Below, in pieces: positions 1-9,286 of a stretch of 64,000 nt of DNA. Numbering within the stretch: position 1 is the first letter of the stretch; each line of letters opens with the position of its first letter. This DNA is from Candidatus Krumholzibacteriota bacterium (lineage in GTDB: Bacteria; Krumholzibacteriota; Krumholzibacteriia; JAJRXK01): assembly GCA_963764625.1 (NCBI GenBank), contig CAVXTH010000001.1, forward strand, positions 146,681 through 210,680, read 5' to 3'. The translations under genes were made by a program, and so were the position numbers. The notes beneath the pieces are model-generated. The model made no database searches and was not told the DNA's origin. It saw only the letters and a list, made by a program, of their open reading frames with translations.

Positions 1-706
1 GTGATTCGCTCTGCTTCAGCTCCTCGATTCGACCGCTCATCGCGCCGCGCTGCTCGGTGAACCCGGCAAGCTCCTGCTCGATTCCTTCGATTTCCGCCTC
101 GCAACGCGAGATCTCGGTATCGACCTTTCCCTTGCCGGCCAGAGTCGCTCCCTCGTATTCGTCCAGACCCTTCTGAAGCGCGCGCAACGCGGCGGCCGCG
201 GTCGATTCCAGGGACTCCGAGTCGGCCATGCGCTGGATGGCCTCGCTCAATCCCGAGGCGTCGCCCCATTCCACCTGTCCCTGCCGGACGAAGGCGCTGT
301 GCAGAAAATGTTCGCGCGAGATGCCGAGCAGACGCTCGCCCACTTCAAGTTGTTTTCCGCTGCGGAACTCGTCGCTGACGTTCCGTCCCGCCTCGAGTAC
401 CCGCGCCGAGTCGTCCCGGAAATCGCGCTCGATCGTGAGCTCACGAGAGCCGTGACGCAGGCGCAGGATCAGTCCGTAGGGTCCGCCGTCCCAGGGTCGG
501 TAGACCTCCCACTCGCTCAATTTCGATCGGGCCCGCCGTTTGTCCTTGTCCAGACCGTAGAGGGCGGCCAGGATCGACTCCATCAGGGTGGTCTTTCCCG
601 CCTCGTTCTTCTCGAGCAGAAGGCCGAGCTTACCCTGACCGGCATCGAGGGAGTATTTCCCGCGGAGTTGGCCGAAACCCTTGATGCTCAGCTGCAAAAT
701 GCGCAT
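1..706 (-). CDS. SMC/SbcC/YhaN-like AAA ATPase, N-terminal part (runs off the window)
   Basis: Not in the ORF track; hand-translated from ATG at 706: MRILQLSIKGFGQLRG...LLLEKNEAGKTTLMESILAALYG (SMC-type N-terminus and Walker A), followed by coiled-coil-like sequence. Start overlaps the upstream nuclease stop (TAATG). Confidence 0.85.
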   Translation of the reverse strand, partial: MRILQLSIKGFGQLRGKYSLDAGQGKLGLLLEKNEAGKTTLMESILAALYGLDKDKRRARSKLSEWEVYRPWDGGPYGLILRLRHGSRELTIERDFRDDSARVLEAGRNVSDEFRSGKQLEVGERLLGISREHFLHSAFVRQGQVEWGDASGLSEAIQRMADSESLESTAAAALRALQKGLDEYEGATLAGKGKVDTEISRCEAEIEGIEQELAGFTEQRGAMSGRIEELKQSES

Positions 707-1902
707 TAGGCCTCGTAGTGGCTGTCCAAACGCCCTTGGCTGAGAGCATCCAGGCCGTACAGCAGCGCGCGTCGTGCGATCTCGGCTTCTTCGGGATCGC
801 TTTTTTCGAGCCGCTGGCGGAGCTGGGCCACGAAACGCTCCTCGGTGGTGCGCGCGTCCTTTAGAGGAGGATAGCGGTTCAGGTCGATGTCTGGTACCAG
901 GCCGGAGAAATCGGACGCGAAGTGGAAGTATCGCGGCGCGATCTGGTCGAGAAAGTGCAGCTCGAGACCCCGCGTACGCCTTCCTTTGAGGCGCAGATAG
1001 ATCAGATCTTCCTCGCGCGCCCCGCTTCCACGCAGCGCTTCCTCCACTTTCGCAAACGCCGCGTCCGAATAGGAACACGAGGAGAGGTCGCACTCGATCG
1101 CGCGTACTTGCCGCGGGTCGAGCGGAAGAAACTCGACTTCGCTCCGTCCCTCGAGAAGCCGGACCACGAGCGCCCCCTTGCTTCCCCGTTCGTCCAATCC
1201 GGCGGCCAACAGACTTCCACTATACGCCCCGAGCACTGCACCATTCTCTGCGCGCAGCTCTTGCCGCTCGTGATAGTGCCCCAGCGCGGTCCAGGAGAAT
1301 CCTTGCGCCCTCAACTCTTCTTCGCTGAAAGGATAGGTGGCCTTCTGACTCTGCAGATAGCCCCCGTCGTCGCGGCTGCCGTGAAAGAGCAGAAGCGAAG
1401 TGCTCGAGTCGGGGCGATCGATGCGGGTGGCCAGCCGGCGGAGCTGGCTGGGCAGATTCGCCGCCACCCCGCAGGCGGTGACCGAAACGTCCGGCCGGTG
1501 AGGCCAGGGCACGTTCTGAAATTCCTCGTGCGCGAAGATGTGGACGTTTTCGGGCCAGCGGAAATCACGGGTCCCCGGCCCGTCATCCTGGCGGTACGGC
1601 GAGACCCCTCCGTAGGAATCGTGGTTTCCCGGGGCCAAAAATACGGGTTTGGGGGCAATCGAGCCCAGGGTGCCCGCTACGAAGCGCAGGGTGTCGCCCC
1701 GGACGAGCTCGTCGTCGAAGAGATCGCCCGGGAGCAGCACGCCGTCCAGACCGCGCGCTTCGACCTGGGCGATGGCGGCCTGGAACGCCGCGCGCCTCTC
1801 TCTCTCGCGTTGGGCGGCCTTGCGGCGACCCAGGCGAAGCTTGCCCGCGCTTAGAGGGGCGTCGAAGTGGACATCGGAAAGCTGCAGGAAGCTCAGGCTC
1901 AC
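706..1902 (-). CDS. SbcD/Mre11/YhaO-family metallophosphoesterase DNA repair nuclease
   Basis: Motifs SDVHFD, GDLFD, GNHD, FHG and LGHYH; coupled to an SMC-like ATPase. Confidence 0.9.
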   Translation of the reverse strand: MSLSFLQLSDVHFDAPLSAGKLRLGRRKAAQRERERRAAFQAAIAQVEARGLDGVLLPGDLFDDELVRGDTLRFVAGTLGSIAPKPVFLAPGNHDSYGGVSPYRQDDGPGTRDFRWPENVHIFAHEEFQNVPWPHRPDVSVTACGVAANLPSQLRRLATRIDRPDSSTSLLLFHGSRDDGGYLQSQKATYPFSEEELRAQGFSWTALGHYHERQELRAENGAVLGAYSGSLLAAGLDERGSKGALVVRLLEGRSEVEFLPLDPRQVRAIECDLSSCSYSDAAFAKVEEALRGSGAREEDLIYLRLKGRRTRGLELHFLDQIAPRYFHFASDFSGLVPDIDLNRYPPLKDARTTEERFVAQLRQRLEKSDPEEAEIARRALLYGLDALSQGRLDSHYEA

Positions 1903-1916
1903 GTCGATTGGCCTTT

Positions 1917-1958
1917 CGAAACGAAACCCGGCGACCGTAAATACGGCCGCCGGATTTT
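1917..1958 (-). terminator. Probable intrinsic terminator downstream of the AGCS symporter
   Basis: Minus-strand hairpin CCGGCGGCCGT-ATTT-ACGGTCGCCGG followed by GTTTCGTTT; the plus strand also has a T run. Confidence 0.6.
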
Positions 1959-1980
1959 CAGGGGCTTCCGTCTTCCCCCG

Positions 1981-3375
1981 TCAACGTGTTCGTATCTGCT
2001 TTCTGGAGAAATAGTCCTTCGTCAGCCTGACTAAAACTCCCGAGAGTGCGAACACGCCAATCATATTGGGCAACGACATCAGTCCGAGCGTGATATCCGC
2101 GAAATTCCAGACCAGCTCGAGGGACCAGATCGCACCCAGAAACTGAAAGACCACAAAGACCCAACGATAGATGGGTCGGGCTTGCGCGCCCCAAAGATAA
2201 TCAACGGCTCGATCACCATAGTAGGACCAAGTCACCGATGTGGAAAAAGCATAAAATGGAATCGAGAGAGTAACAATGTATTTTCCATATTCTCCCAAGA
2301 GAGGATGAAGTCCTTTCGTGAACGCCCACGAAGTGAGGAGCGCCCCGTTCAACCCTTCACCCGTCACGGGATCGACCGCATCGCGCCAAGAATTAGTGAG
2401 AATGATGACGAGTCCCGTCATGGTGCAGATGACGAGCGTGTCGATGAAGGGTTCCGCCATCGCCACCAGTCCCTCGCGCACCGGTTCCTTCGTCTTGGCT
2501 GCGGCATGCGCGATGGGCGCGCTTCCCTGACCCGCCTCGTTCGAGAACAGCCCCCGTTTGATGCCCCATTGCAGGGTCATGGCGACTCCGGCCCCCAGAA
2601 ATCCCCCCGCAGCCGCGGTGGGATGGAACGCCTCATAGAAGATGAGGCGGAAAGAAGGGACGATCGCATGGTAATTCACCGCGAGGAGAGTGAGAGCCCC
2701 GCCCACGTAGAATACGGACATCACGGGCACGAGACGGCTCGCGACTTGACCGATTCGCTTGATGCCCCCGACGATGACCAGCGCGAGAAAGGCGGCCAAG
2801 ACCAAGCCCGTGATCCAGGTGGGCACGCCCAGATCGGCCTTGAGATTCCCCGCGACAGTATTGCTCTGGACGATGTTGGCCGAGCCCATGCTGGCCACCA
2901 CGGTCAAGAACGCGAAACTGGTCGCCATCCACTTCCAGCTCGGCCCCAGGCCTTTTTCGATGAAGTACATCGCCCCGCCCGCGGCGGATCCGTCCGGTTG
3001 GATGTCGCGGTAGTGGTGAGCCAGGGTGCACTCGGCGTATTTCGTAGCCATGCCCACGAAGGCCGAAATCCACATCCAGAACAGCGCCCCCGGCCCTCCC
3101 ACGTGCATCGCGGTGGCCACGCCGGCGATGTTCCCGATGCCGATGGTGGCGCTCAGCGCCGCCGAGAGCGCCTGAAAGTGGTTGATGTCCCCCTCGTCGT
3201 CCGGATCGTCGTACTTCCCACGGATGATGTAGTAGGCGTGCCGCAGTTTTCGCAGCTGGATGAAGCGGGACAGGAAAGTGAGATAGATCCCCCCACCCAA
3301 AATGAGGATGATCAGCGGAAGTCCCCACAGAAAGTCCGAGATGGCTTTGAGAATGGCAGTGATCTCTTGGAGCAT
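1981..3375 (-). CDS. Alanine/glycine:cation symporter (AGCS family)
   Basis: Motifs ATIGIGNIAGVA, GGPGALFWMW and RGLFSNEAGQGSAPIAHA; many TM helices. Start placed at MLQEIT (3375). Confidence 0.93.
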   Translation of the reverse strand: MLQEITAILKAISDFLWGLPLIILILGGGIYLTFLSRFIQLRKLRHAYYIIRGKYDDPDDEGDINHFQALSAALSATIGIGNIAGVATAMHVGGPGALFWMWISAFVGMATKYAECTLAHHYRDIQPDGSAAGGAMYFIEKGLGPSWKWMATSFAFLTVVASMGSANIVQSNTVAGNLKADLGVPTWITGLVLAAFLALVIVGGIKRIGQVASRLVPVMSVFYVGGALTLLAVNYHAIVPSFRLIFYEAFHPTAAAGGFLGAGVAMTLQWGIKRGLFSNEAGQGSAPIAHAAAKTKEPVREGLVAMAEPFIDTLVICTMTGLVIILTNSWRDAVDPVTGEGLNGALLTSWAFTKGLHPLLGEYGKYIVTLSIPFYAFSTSVTWSYYGDRAVDYLWGAQARPIYRWVFVVFQFLGAIWSLELVWNFADITLGLMSLPNMIGVFALSGVLVRLTKDYFSRKQIRTR

Positions 3376-3487
3376 GCAGCGGGAGTGGGGCGTCTTCGGG
3401 GGAATTCGCGCACGGTGGTCGAGTGCCGAACGAAAGTAACCCGCGCCTTTGTCGAGGGTCAAGTACTCGCAGACCCATTCGAGCGAC

Positions 3488-5742
3488 TTACAGCCGAATC
3501 GCGTAGCTCAATTTCACCGTGAGGTCAGCTCGCCGCGGCGCGAAATTCTGCCGGTTGTCCGTCCGCTCATCGGAGAACACGAGGTAGAAATCGCTCTCGG
3601 CGCCGAAGAGATAGTGCAGACGCGCTTGGCTCAAAAGGGCGTTCGAAGCGCTGTTCCACTGCGTGAAGACCGCCAGATTCAGGGAGTTGGAGAGATCGAC
3701 CCCGAGCCGCGCCCGCACGACCTTGGCGTGAAACCGCTGCTCCAGTCCGCTGGACGCGTCATCGCGGTGCAGTTGATGCGATTCTCCCTCCAGGGTCAGG
3801 GCGAGGTGGGGCGCGAGCCTTCCCGTCGCCGCCGCGCTCAGGCTGTTCAGGGCACCATCGTAGTAGTCTCCCAACTCCCCCTCGACCTTCAGGGCGAAGG
3901 GGAGCGAAGGATTGGAGCCGAGACTGAACCCAAGCCGGTGGAAGTGATAATCGCCTTGGGGGAAGACCACCTCCCCGAGCGGGAATTCCTCGAAGAGCCG
4001 CTCGAAGGAGTTGCTGAGATGAAGCGAGACGACCTCATCGTCCCGGCCGATCAGGTTTCCCTGCAGCCAGAGGTTGCGCGAGGTGAAGGTGCCGTCACGC
4101 CGGTCGATCCACTCGCCGTAGGCGAATGTCTCCACCCCGCGCAGAAGGCCCCAATTGGGTTCGGGGGTCCATCCAATCTCCGTGATGTGGCGCTGGATGT
4201 CCCGGCGGGGAAGGAATCCCACGCGGGGCGCGTAGTCGCGTCCGTAGACCTCGTAGAGATAGTTCCCGTAGTACAGGGGCCGGCTGTAGCGAACTCGGGC
4301 TCCCCAGCTGCCGTGGTCGGGTCCGTCGCGGGGCTGATCGGAGAACTCCTGCGGATCGAGGCTGAGTCCCTTTTCGCTCTCGTTGCTGAACGATCCGTAG
4401 GCCGCGATGTCCAGGTCGTCACCGGGGCGCAGATCGCAGTCCAGACCGAAGACCCGGTTGTAGACGCTTCCCCCCTCGGCCGTGCGTGCCACGAGGATCG
4501 CGCCCAAGCGGTTGCGTTCCCCGATGTCCTGGCTCACCCGGGCCACGTCGTAGCGGTAGTCGGGCGTGGCTGAAAGTCCCTTCGACTTGAGATCGAGAAA
4601 GCCCACGTCGGTTCGTCCCAGTTTCCCGGTGAGACGAGTGCCATATTCGATCGGCACGGTCTCAAAGTTCGAGTTCAAACCGATCCGGCGGCTGAACAAG
4701 GCTCGGTTGTCGGGGGAACCGAAGGAGAAGTAGTCACGATTCTCCAGGAAGAATTCCCTCTTCTCGGGGTAGTAGAGGGGGAATCGGGTGAGATTCACCT
4801 GTTCGTCGTCGACTTCGACTTGCGCGAAGTCGGTGTTCACGGTCACGTCGAGAGTCAGGTTGGAGGAGAGCCCCAGTTTGAGATCGTATCCCGCCTCTCC
4901 GTCGGTCGACCACTCGTTGCGGCTGAAGGCGGAGGGGTCTCCGGCATCTCCCCGAGACACCGACCCAAGCAAGTAGGGCCGGAGCAGGATGTTGCTCCCG
5001 GGGGAGATCCCTTCGAGCCCATCGAGGCTACCGGCCTGGCTCACCCGCAGGATGTCGAAGTGCCGTTCGATGGGCGCCCACATGCTCTGCTCGTTCCCCA
5101 CCCGTCGCTGCCGCTCAAAATTGATCCCCATGCTCAGGTTTTCCGTCGGAGAGAATCTGAGGGTCCTCCAGGGAATCTCGATTTCTCCCTGCCAGCCGTC
5201 CTGGGTGATGCGACAGCTTGCGCTCCACACTCCGTCCCAATCGACGTTGAATTGATCGCCGGCTCCTTCCGCGCGGAAGAGCGCGTCCCGGCGCATTCCG
5301 TTGGGGTTCACCTGGAAGAAGAAGCCGTTTTGCAGATCGTGGTAGGTGTCGAGCACCAGCGTGAAGTAGTCGTCAGCCGAGATGTCCGCGTCGCGGCCGA
5401 GCACGCGGTGGACGATCCCCTGTGGATCGTCGTCGCGGCAGAGAAAACCCAGGTAGAGCGCTTTCGTGGTGTACACGATGCGGACCACCGTCGGCTGAGT
5501 TGCCGGTTCCCCGCTTCGAGGGCGCTGCTGCACGAAGTCGCGGGCCACCACCGCCCGCTTCCAGAGCGGCTCGTCGAGAAATCCGTCGATCTTGGGGGCA
5601 TCGCCACGCGAGCCGCGGTGAGCGCGCGGTGGGCGGCTCCGTTGGCTTCGCTTCGGCCAGGTACCGGGCTCTCGCTCTGTCCGAGGGAATCTTCAGCAGC
5701 GAAAGTGGCGAGAATCAAGACGAAAAGAGATACGGCCAGCAC
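3488..5742 (-). CDS. Secreted CBM9-like/DUF5916 protein, probable outer-membrane beta-barrel (frameshift near 5595)
   Basis: Signal-peptide-like segment in the 5308..5742 frame joins KIDGFLDEPLW..DFVQQRP at a C run. Family motif NTDFAQVEVDDEQVNLTRFPLYYPEKREFFLE; C-terminal amphipathic strand VKLSYAIRL. Start uncertain. Confidence 0.75.
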
Positions 5743-5805
5743 ACGCTTCCGCGTGTTCTTCTTCGAACCGAAGAGGAGTTACGGTCATTGAAGATCCTCG
5801 GCCGC

Positions 5806-8202
5806 CTACCTGAATCCCTGGGGCATGGGAAGGCTGGGATCGAGCTCATGGGCCTTCAGGATGGCCTCTCTCGCTTCTTCCTTCTTGCCCTGCATCGCCA
5901 GAATGACCCCCAGCTGAAGTCTGGACTGGCCGTCCTTCGGCAACTGCTTCACCACCTCACGCGCGAGTTTCTCGGCTTCGCCCAGACGGCCCATTTGCGC
6001 GTAGATCGCTGCAAGCTGGGCGCGCGCGTCGACCATGTCCGGCTTGAGCTCGAGCACTTTCTCGAACGCCGACGCGCCGGCGGCCATGTTCCCCGCCATG
6101 AGATTGGCCATCCCCAGATTGCCCCAGATTTCCGGATCATTCAACTCGGGAGCCGCCTCCTGCAAAAGTTTCAATCCCTCCTGCACGCGACCCGCCTTCA
6201 GAGCGGCGCTTCCGAGCTGTCCCTTCGATTCGGCGGTAGAGAGCATGCCGTGCTGCTGCAAGAGGGATTCGGCCTGGTTGTCCTGACCCGATGCGATGAG
6301 AACTCCGCTTAGAGCCTGAAGGGCGTCCTTGAGGTCGGGATTCAGCTGAATCGCCTTCTGGAGGTTTTCCTTGGCCTGCGGCAGCTTTCCCTCGTCCTTC
6401 AGCATCGCGCCCTTGAAGTACCAGAGGTCGGCCAGGCGAGGATCCATTTTCAGCGCGCGATCCAGCGCCGCCGCGGCTTCTTCGTCTCGGCCGAGCTTGT
6501 GCAGAGCGAAGCCGCGCGCACCCACCACGAAGGCCCATTCCGGATGACGCTTCAGAGCGAGGTTGTAGGTCTCCAAGACTTTCGCGTTGTCGTTCTCCGC
6601 CGCGTAAACCATGGCCAGATTCTGATAGTTGAGCGAGTTGTCCGGATCGTCTTCGACGAGCTTCTTGAAGATAGTACCCGCCTCTTCCAGGCGACCGGTC
6701 TTGGCGTAGGTCAAGGCCAGGTTGAAGCGCGCCTTGACGTTTTCGGGGTCGGACTTCAGTACTTTCTTCAGGACCTCGAGTGCCTCGTCGAATTTCTTCT
6801 GGTTGCACAAGACGATGGACATGTTAATCGCCTGCTCGACGTTCGGCGCCACCACGTCGTCGCCATGCGCGTCCTCGGTACCGCCCTTGATATAGCCGAG
6901 CGAGCGCAGCATTTCCTCCATCTTCTCGCCCACCGCGGGGTCGACCACGATGTCGTCGCCTCGATCCCATGGACCCGTCTCGTAGGTTGCGATGGTCTTG
7001 TCGGGATGCTCCGCCTGGTACTGGTCGGAAAAGGCTTCCTTCAACACCCTGCCGTGCATGTCTTCCGCCACCGGAAGATCGAGCATGTGCAGAACGGTCG
7101 GGGCCACGTCATAGATGTCCGCTCCCTTGATGTCGTTCCCGGTTTTGATTCCCGGACCATTGAGCAGCACGATACCATCGGGCATGTGGCTCTTGTCCGC
7201 GGTGTCGATGTTGAATTCCATTTCTTTCAAGCGCTCTGGGCCGGTGCGAAACCCGTGATCGGAAATGATCATCACGATGGTGTTCTTCCCGCGGTGCTTC
7301 AGCAAATCTCCCAGCAGTTGATCTTGCCACTTCCAATACGCTTCCAGGGTGCCGCTATAGCGCTTGTAATCTTCATCGCTGACCCAGGAAAGCCGGGGAG
7401 GCGCATACTCGCTAAAGAGATGCTCCGTGGCGTCGGTTCCCTCGTAGTAGATGGCGAAGAAGCGCGGATGGTCCTTGTCCAACAACTCCGCGCCGAGTTT
7501 GGTGTAACCGATGCTGGTGGCGATGTTCTCCTTCAGGTGCTGAACCGGCCCGCCGTAGGGCCCGGTTGGCGTCTCGTTTTCGAGCTCTTGTTTGTTGGTG
7601 TTGATCATCGAAAGCAGGAGGTCGATCGGCACGTTCTGGGGCGAAGGAAAGGCTCGTTTCACGTCGCCTATGAGCTGGGGCGGCCAGGTCTTTCCGGGAA
7701 CGTCGAGGTTGGTGCCAGTGACCCCGAAGGAATGAAAGGCCACGTAATCACTGATCATGAAGCCCTTCACCGGTTCGACCGGCCAGGTCGCCCACCAACC
7801 GATGATCCCCACGGAAAGGTCGTGCTCGCTGGCGATGTTCCACAGCGCGCGCACCCACCGGTTCCGGCTGCTCACTGGGATCTTCGACCCGTCGGGCGCG
7901 TCACTCATGAACCAGGTGACTCCGTGCTTGTCGGCGGTCTTGCCCGTCGCGATGCTCGTCCACAAAATGGGAGAGAGCATTGGATTGTCGGTGCGCAAAC
8001 GGCCCCAGGCTCCCTCGCTGCGCAAGCGACTCAGATTGGGCATTTCCCCCTTGGCCATGTAGGGTTCGAGGATGTCCCAGTCGGCGCCGTCGAAGCCGAT
8101 GATCCAGATGTCTGGATCGCGGCGCGAGGAGCAGCCGGTGAGAACCCCTCCGAACACCAGCAACAGGAGAGGGAGCGCGAACAGAAGTCTCGTGAGTTTC
8201 AT
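5806..8202 (-). CDS. Lipoprotein: alkaline-phosphatase superfamily (type I phosphodiesterase/NPP-like) domain plus TPR repeats
   Basis: Lipobox LTGC; motifs IIGFDGADW, SPILWTSIATG, SDHGF, DVAPT and LRSLGYI, then roughly 9-10 TPR-like repeats. Confidence 0.85.
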   Translation of the reverse strand: MKLTRLLFALPLLLLVFGGVLTGCSSRRDPDIWIIGFDGADWDILEPYMAKGEMPNLSRLRSEGAWGRLRTDNPMLSPILWTSIATGKTADKHGVTWFMSDAPDGSKIPVSSRNRWVRALWNIASEHDLSVGIIGWWATWPVEPVKGFMISDYVAFHSFGVTGTNLDVPGKTWPPQLIGDVKRAFPSPQNVPIDLLLSMINTNKQELENETPTGPYGGPVQHLKENIATSIGYTKLGAELLDKDHPRFFAIYYEGTDATEHLFSEYAPPRLSWVSDEDYKRYSGTLEAYWKWQDQLLGDLLKHRGKNTIVMIISDHGFRTGPERLKEMEFNIDTADKSHMPDGIVLLNGPGIKTGNDIKGADIYDVAPTVLHMLDLPVAEDMHGRVLKEAFSDQYQAEHPDKTIATYETGPWDRGDDIVVDPAVGEKMEEMLRSLGYIKGGTEDAHGDDVVAPNVEQAINMSIVLCNQKKFDEALEVLKKVLKSDPENVKARFNLALTYAKTGRLEEAGTIFKKLVEDDPDNSLNYQNLAMVYAAENDNAKVLETYNLALKRHPEWAFVVGARGFALHKLGRDEEAAAALDRALKMDPRLADLWYFKGAMLKDEGKLPQAKENLQKAIQLNPDLKDALQALSGVLIASGQDNQAESLLQQHGMLSTAESKGQLGSAALKAGRVQEGLKLLQEAAPELNDPEIWGNLGMANLMAGNMAAGASAFEKVLELKPDMVDARAQLAAIYAQMGRLGEAEKLAREVVKQLPKDGQSRLQLGVILAMQGKKEEAREAILKAHELDPSLPMPQGFR

Positions 8203-8417
8203 GATTCTTCGAACTGTGGGGTGCGGTAGCCGGCCGCGAGCCGAGGATTCAAGCCAGGGCGGACCGCTGAGAGAATAGCACAGCTTTCCTAAGATCGCAC
8301 ACCTAAGCTCTTTCCCAAAAAGCTCTTAGCGCTGAAGCGCTCACTTCGTATACCCTTAAGGAGAGAAGTTTCGCCCATTCTCGTCTCTATCGCACGCGAT
8401 TGAACTGAGGACTGCCC

Positions 8418-9284
8418 GTGCCGAGTCAAGAGTCTCCCCTACTGCGCGCCCACGAACTCTTGCGTCACAGCGGTCTGCCTCCGCTCCAAATCCAGAACGC
8501 GGGCCGGGGCAGTAATCATCATCTCTTCATCGTCGAGCTAGACGAGGGGCCCCTGCAACTGCTTCGCATGCCGGTGGACCCCGAAGCCGGGCCCCGCTTG
8601 CGCAGCGAGGAAGAGGCGATCCGCCGGGCGGCGGGGACCGTGCCGGTGCCCCACCCCACCCTCCTCATTCCCTCTTTGCATCGACCCAAAGCCTGTATTC
8701 AGCCCATCATCGAGGGGACCCGCGCCCAGGATCTGCGCGCCCAGGACACCAGTCCCCGCCGGGTGGAGGCTCTGTGCCGTCTTCTGGGGCTGCAGCTCGC
8801 CCACCTGCACCGCATCGAGTTCCCGGTGCACGAACCCACTTTCATTCCCTTCTTGAGCCCCAGTTTCGTGACCGGAAACGAACGCTTGCTCCATGGCGAC
8901 GCGCACCTGGGAAACATCATGGTGCAGGTCGGCGCCAAGGAAAGCCTGAGCGTCTCCGGACTCATCGACTGGAGCTTCTGTCACTGGGGACCGCCCGAGA
9001 GCGACCTGGTGGAGATGGCGATCACCGAAGGCGAGCCACGGCCTTTGCTCGGCCGCGCATTCTACGAAGCGTATCTGGAGGGCGGCGGCCTCGAACCCCG
9101 AGAACACGTCTTCAAGTGGGCACTGGTGCGGGAGCTGGAGAGACGACTCGCGACGCACGCGCAAGCCTACGAGCAGACCCCTCGCGACGCGTGGACGCGG
9201 TGGCTCGACGCCTTGCATCGGCCGGGGGCCCGCTCCCTCCAGGTCTTCTCCTCCGGAAGGGTCTCTGGAGGAGACCTGGTCTAG
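8418..9284 (+). CDS. Aminoglycoside phosphotransferase/choline kinase-like protein
   Basis: Brenner motif LLHGDAHLGNIMV and IDWS; RBS GAGG before the GTG start. Confidence 0.8.
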   Translation: MPSQESPLLRAHELLRHSGLPPLQIQNAGRGSNHHLFIVELDEGPLQLLRMPVDPEAGPRLRSEEEAIRRAAGTVPVPHPTLLIPSLHRPKACIQPIIEGTRAQDLRAQDTSPRRVEALCRLLGLQLAHLHRIEFPVHEPTFIPFLSPSFVTGNERLLHGDAHLGNIMVQVGAKESLSVSGLIDWSFCHWGPPESDLVEMAITEGEPRPLLGRAFYEAYLEGGGLEPREHVFKWALVRELERRLATHAQAYEQTPRDAWTRWLDALHRPGARSLQVFSSGRVSGGDLV

Positions 9285-9286
9285 GC

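Noticed and set aside
1-1902. Nuclease plus SMC ATPase as a Wadjet/Lamassu-type defence system
   Set aside because: The pair fits ordinary SbcCD/YhaON repair genes; genes further downstream lie outside the window.
8418-9284. Aminoglycoside resistance gene
   Set aside because: Only the generic APH/choline-kinase motif is visible; no mobile context or specific similarity to known resistance enzymes.
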